From positions 1-37,686 of IMG/VR virus record IMGVR_UViG_3300028840_002963: a stretch of DNA of 37,686 nucleotides. One strand, 5' to 3'. The notes under the pieces were generated by a model. That model made no database searches. It worked only from the letters and a program-made list of their open reading frames with translations, and was not told where the DNA came from. Of the stretch, positions 35,998-37,686 are shown piece by piece. Position 1 is the first letter of the stretch; every line of letters begins with the position of its first letter. Source of the stretch: a virus (Duplodnaviria > Caudoviricetes). The position numbers and the translations under genes are program-made.

Positions 35998-37182
35998 ATG
36001 GCGAACCAAAAAAGCGACCGCAAAATCATTCTCCAAGTGCAAATCGGTGGCGCCAACGACGACGCTCACAGCTACCGCCGCGCGTCGTCAACCCTCCTCA
36101 GCAAAGGATGGGTCGGCTTCGTCAACGACTACGTTATCCCGAAGCTCACCACCTGGAATGTACGCCGAGTGATGTTCAACCGCGTCTTTGGCCAAGTCAA
36201 ATACAACTGGCCCGGCAACCCCCTGATGGAATTCGACATGTACCAGCAGGCCCTCGCCGGCAACTGCTGGAACGACGAGGCCGGCGACCCCGTCACGCCC
36301 GCGGAAGATATTTCCGTCCTCACCGACGATTTCGGCCAAGCCATGGCCGCGCTGCGACCCTACGTTGACGAGGTCATCTGCTACATTGGGGCGCCGCGCT
36401 ACTTCCGAACCGACCTGCAGCCGGACCCGTCCGATGGTTACAGTGGTGGCAACTGGACCGCCTGGCTGGAGGCTGCGCTCGCCTGTGTCCAGCCGTTCCT
36501 CGATGCCGGCTGTTCAATCGGAATGGACGCCACCGGCTACGCCCACAAGGCCAACGAAACCATTGCATACTACTACCCACCAGCCGCGCAGATTCCCAAG
36601 TGTGGGGCGCGCCAAAGCGAATATTCCACATTGTTCATCAGGCACCTTGAAAACCTCGGCACTCGTGTCTACGGGGAACCGACGCCGCAGAAACACGACT
36701 ACATCGACACAGGCCTCGACGGTCACCTCGACGACGTTCCGCGCGTCATCACGGATCCAACCATGTGGAATGCCATCCAGGAGCATGCACAATGGATGCC
36801 GCCGGCCGACTTCCGCCCTCTTTGCGACGAGGTCGTCCGCTGGCAACTGTTCACCGGCATGGATGTCTCCGAATACGAGCCCTACCTCCAGTCCGTCCTG
36901 GCCGCCGGATACTCGGCACTGATCGCCGCCAACTACATTGGCATCGAGGGCGCCTTCTCGCCAGACCTCAAGCGGGAGTATGCCACGAGCGCGGTGGAAC
37001 TGTCGCTATCGGCCCGCGGCTCCGTCCAATTCGAGTCTCCCGTCCGCGGGTCAATCGAGCTGACCGGACCGGCCCGCGGGTCAATCGAACTGACCGGCAC
37101 GGCCCGCGGGTCAATCGAACTGACCGGCACGGCCCGCGACTCTCTCAACTTCCAGCTCACCGACCTCACTGACGCAGGATAG
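35998..37182 (+). CDS. Hypothetical protein, possible TIM-barrel hydrolase-like domain plus repeat tail
   Basis: Alternating beta/alpha pattern (VICYIG, IGMDA, VYGEP); C-terminal RGSIELTGTA repeats. Confidence 0.6.
   Translation: MANQKSDRKIILQVQIGGANDDAHSYRRASSTLLSKGWVGFVNDYVIPKLTTWNVRRVMFNRVFGQVKYNWPGNPLMEFDMYQQALAGNCWNDEAGDPVTPAEDISVLTDDFGQAMAALRPYVDEVICYIGAPRYFRTDLQPDPSDGYSGGNWTAWLEAALACVQPFLDAGCSIGMDATGYAHKANETIAYYYPPAAQIPKCGARQSEYSTLFIRHLENLGTRVYGEPTPQKHDYIDTGLDGHLDDVPRVITDPTMWNAIQEHAQWMPPADFRPLCDEVVRWQLFTGMDVSEYEPYLQSVLAAGYSALIAANYIGIEGAFSPDLKREYATSAVELSLSARGSVQFESPVRGSIELTGPARGSIELTGTARGSIELTGTARDSLNFQLTDLTDAG
37011..37140 (+). repeat. 30-bp in-frame tandem repeat
   Basis: GGCCCGCGGGTCAATCGAACTGACCGGCAC twice exactly (37071-37130) plus degenerate flanking copies. 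Confidence 0.9.
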
Positions 37183-37187
37183 ACACT

Positions 37188-37511
37188 ATGGCCCTCAACG
37201 AAGTCCACCGGCTCCATATCGGCTTGGACGTCATAATCACGGATGTCGACGAAGACGGCAACGCGCGGGACATCTCGGCCGCCACGACCAAGGATGTCAT
37301 CCTCAAAAGCCCCCAGACCAACACGGTCGTCACCAAAACCGGCACCTTCACGACCGACGGGACCGACGGCAAGTTTCAATACACCACCGTCGAGGACGAC
37401 CTGGACGAGACGGGCCTTTGGGAAGTTCAGGGTCACGTTGCCCGGTCGGGTCTCGAGTACTACCTGGGAACGGGCAAGTTCAAGGTGAAGCCGAACCTAG
37501 ACGACGAGTAA
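37188..37511 (+). CDS. BppU N-terminal-like (Ig-like adaptor) virion protein
   Basis: DISAAT ... DGTDGKFQYTT ... DLDETGLWEVQ pattern. Confidence 0.6.
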   Translation: MALNEVHRLHIGLDVIITDVDEDGNARDISAATTKDVILKSPQTNTVVTKTGTFTTDGTDGKFQYTTVEDDLDETGLWEVQGHVARSGLEYYLGTGKFKVKPNLDDE

Positions 37512-37651
37512 GCAGACCCCGATGCTACACGCTTTGTAGCATGCGCTACGCCGCGCATCGCCTCGCCGCCCCCTATAGCCGACGCTCAATAAAACGCCAC
37601 CAGCGGCCGCACAGACGCCCACGATGGACATTAGCGGCACCAGGCCGACCA

Positions 37652-37670
37652 GGTCGCGGGTCCTTCCTGA
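37652..37670 (+). other. Putative cos/packaging-region motif
   Basis: GGTCGCGGGTCCTTCC in the non-coding region that would lie ~110 bp upstream of the terminase on a circular genome; function inferred. Confidence 0.45.
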
Positions 37671-37686
37671 GGGTAAAACAGTCGAG

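Larger units (their letters stand above)
1..37686. mobile_element. Temperate lambda-like tailed phage, probably a complete excised genome
   Basis: Terminase-portal-protease-capsid-tail-tape measure synteny; integrase with an internal intact attP; replication and recombination genes; no host housekeeping genes; a cos-like motif at the right end would precede the terminase if the window is circularised. Confidence 0.9.

Noticed and set aside
33526-37182. Diversity-generating retroelement acting on the tailspike
   Set aside because: No reverse transcriptase and no template/variable repeat pair seen.

Overview
The window looks like an essentially complete ~37.7 kb temperate long-tailed (lambda-like) phage genome in its excised form, read from the terminase. 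A Planctomycetota-like host is my inference only. In order it contains: head and tail genes (75-14317) with a strong -1 frameshift signal in the tail chaperone; a tyrosine integrase next to an intact tRNA-3'-end attP; early recombination and replication genes (YqaJ/RecT-like, rep with iterons, RusA); a peptidase-rich putative lysis block; a beta-helix tailspike module; and a cos-like end. The main discovery is a compact phage-encoded type V-like CRISPR locus at 18017-21502. It consists of a predicted tracrRNA (14-bp anti-repeat, a loop complementary to the repeat 3' end, and a UUCG terminator), a translationally coupled 191-aa coiled-coil gene, a 437-aa Cas12f/TnpB-like protein with an apparently dead RuvC, a separate zinc-finger ORF, a leader, and 15 repeats with 14 spacers. 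No cas1, cas2 or cas4 is present. The trailer spacer matches the phage's own head operon perfectly (38/38), and another spacer resembles the phage's cos-like site. Together these suggest an RNA-guided DNA-binding regulator or competitor blocker rather than a nuclease. All calls come from motif reading by eye; no database searches were run.
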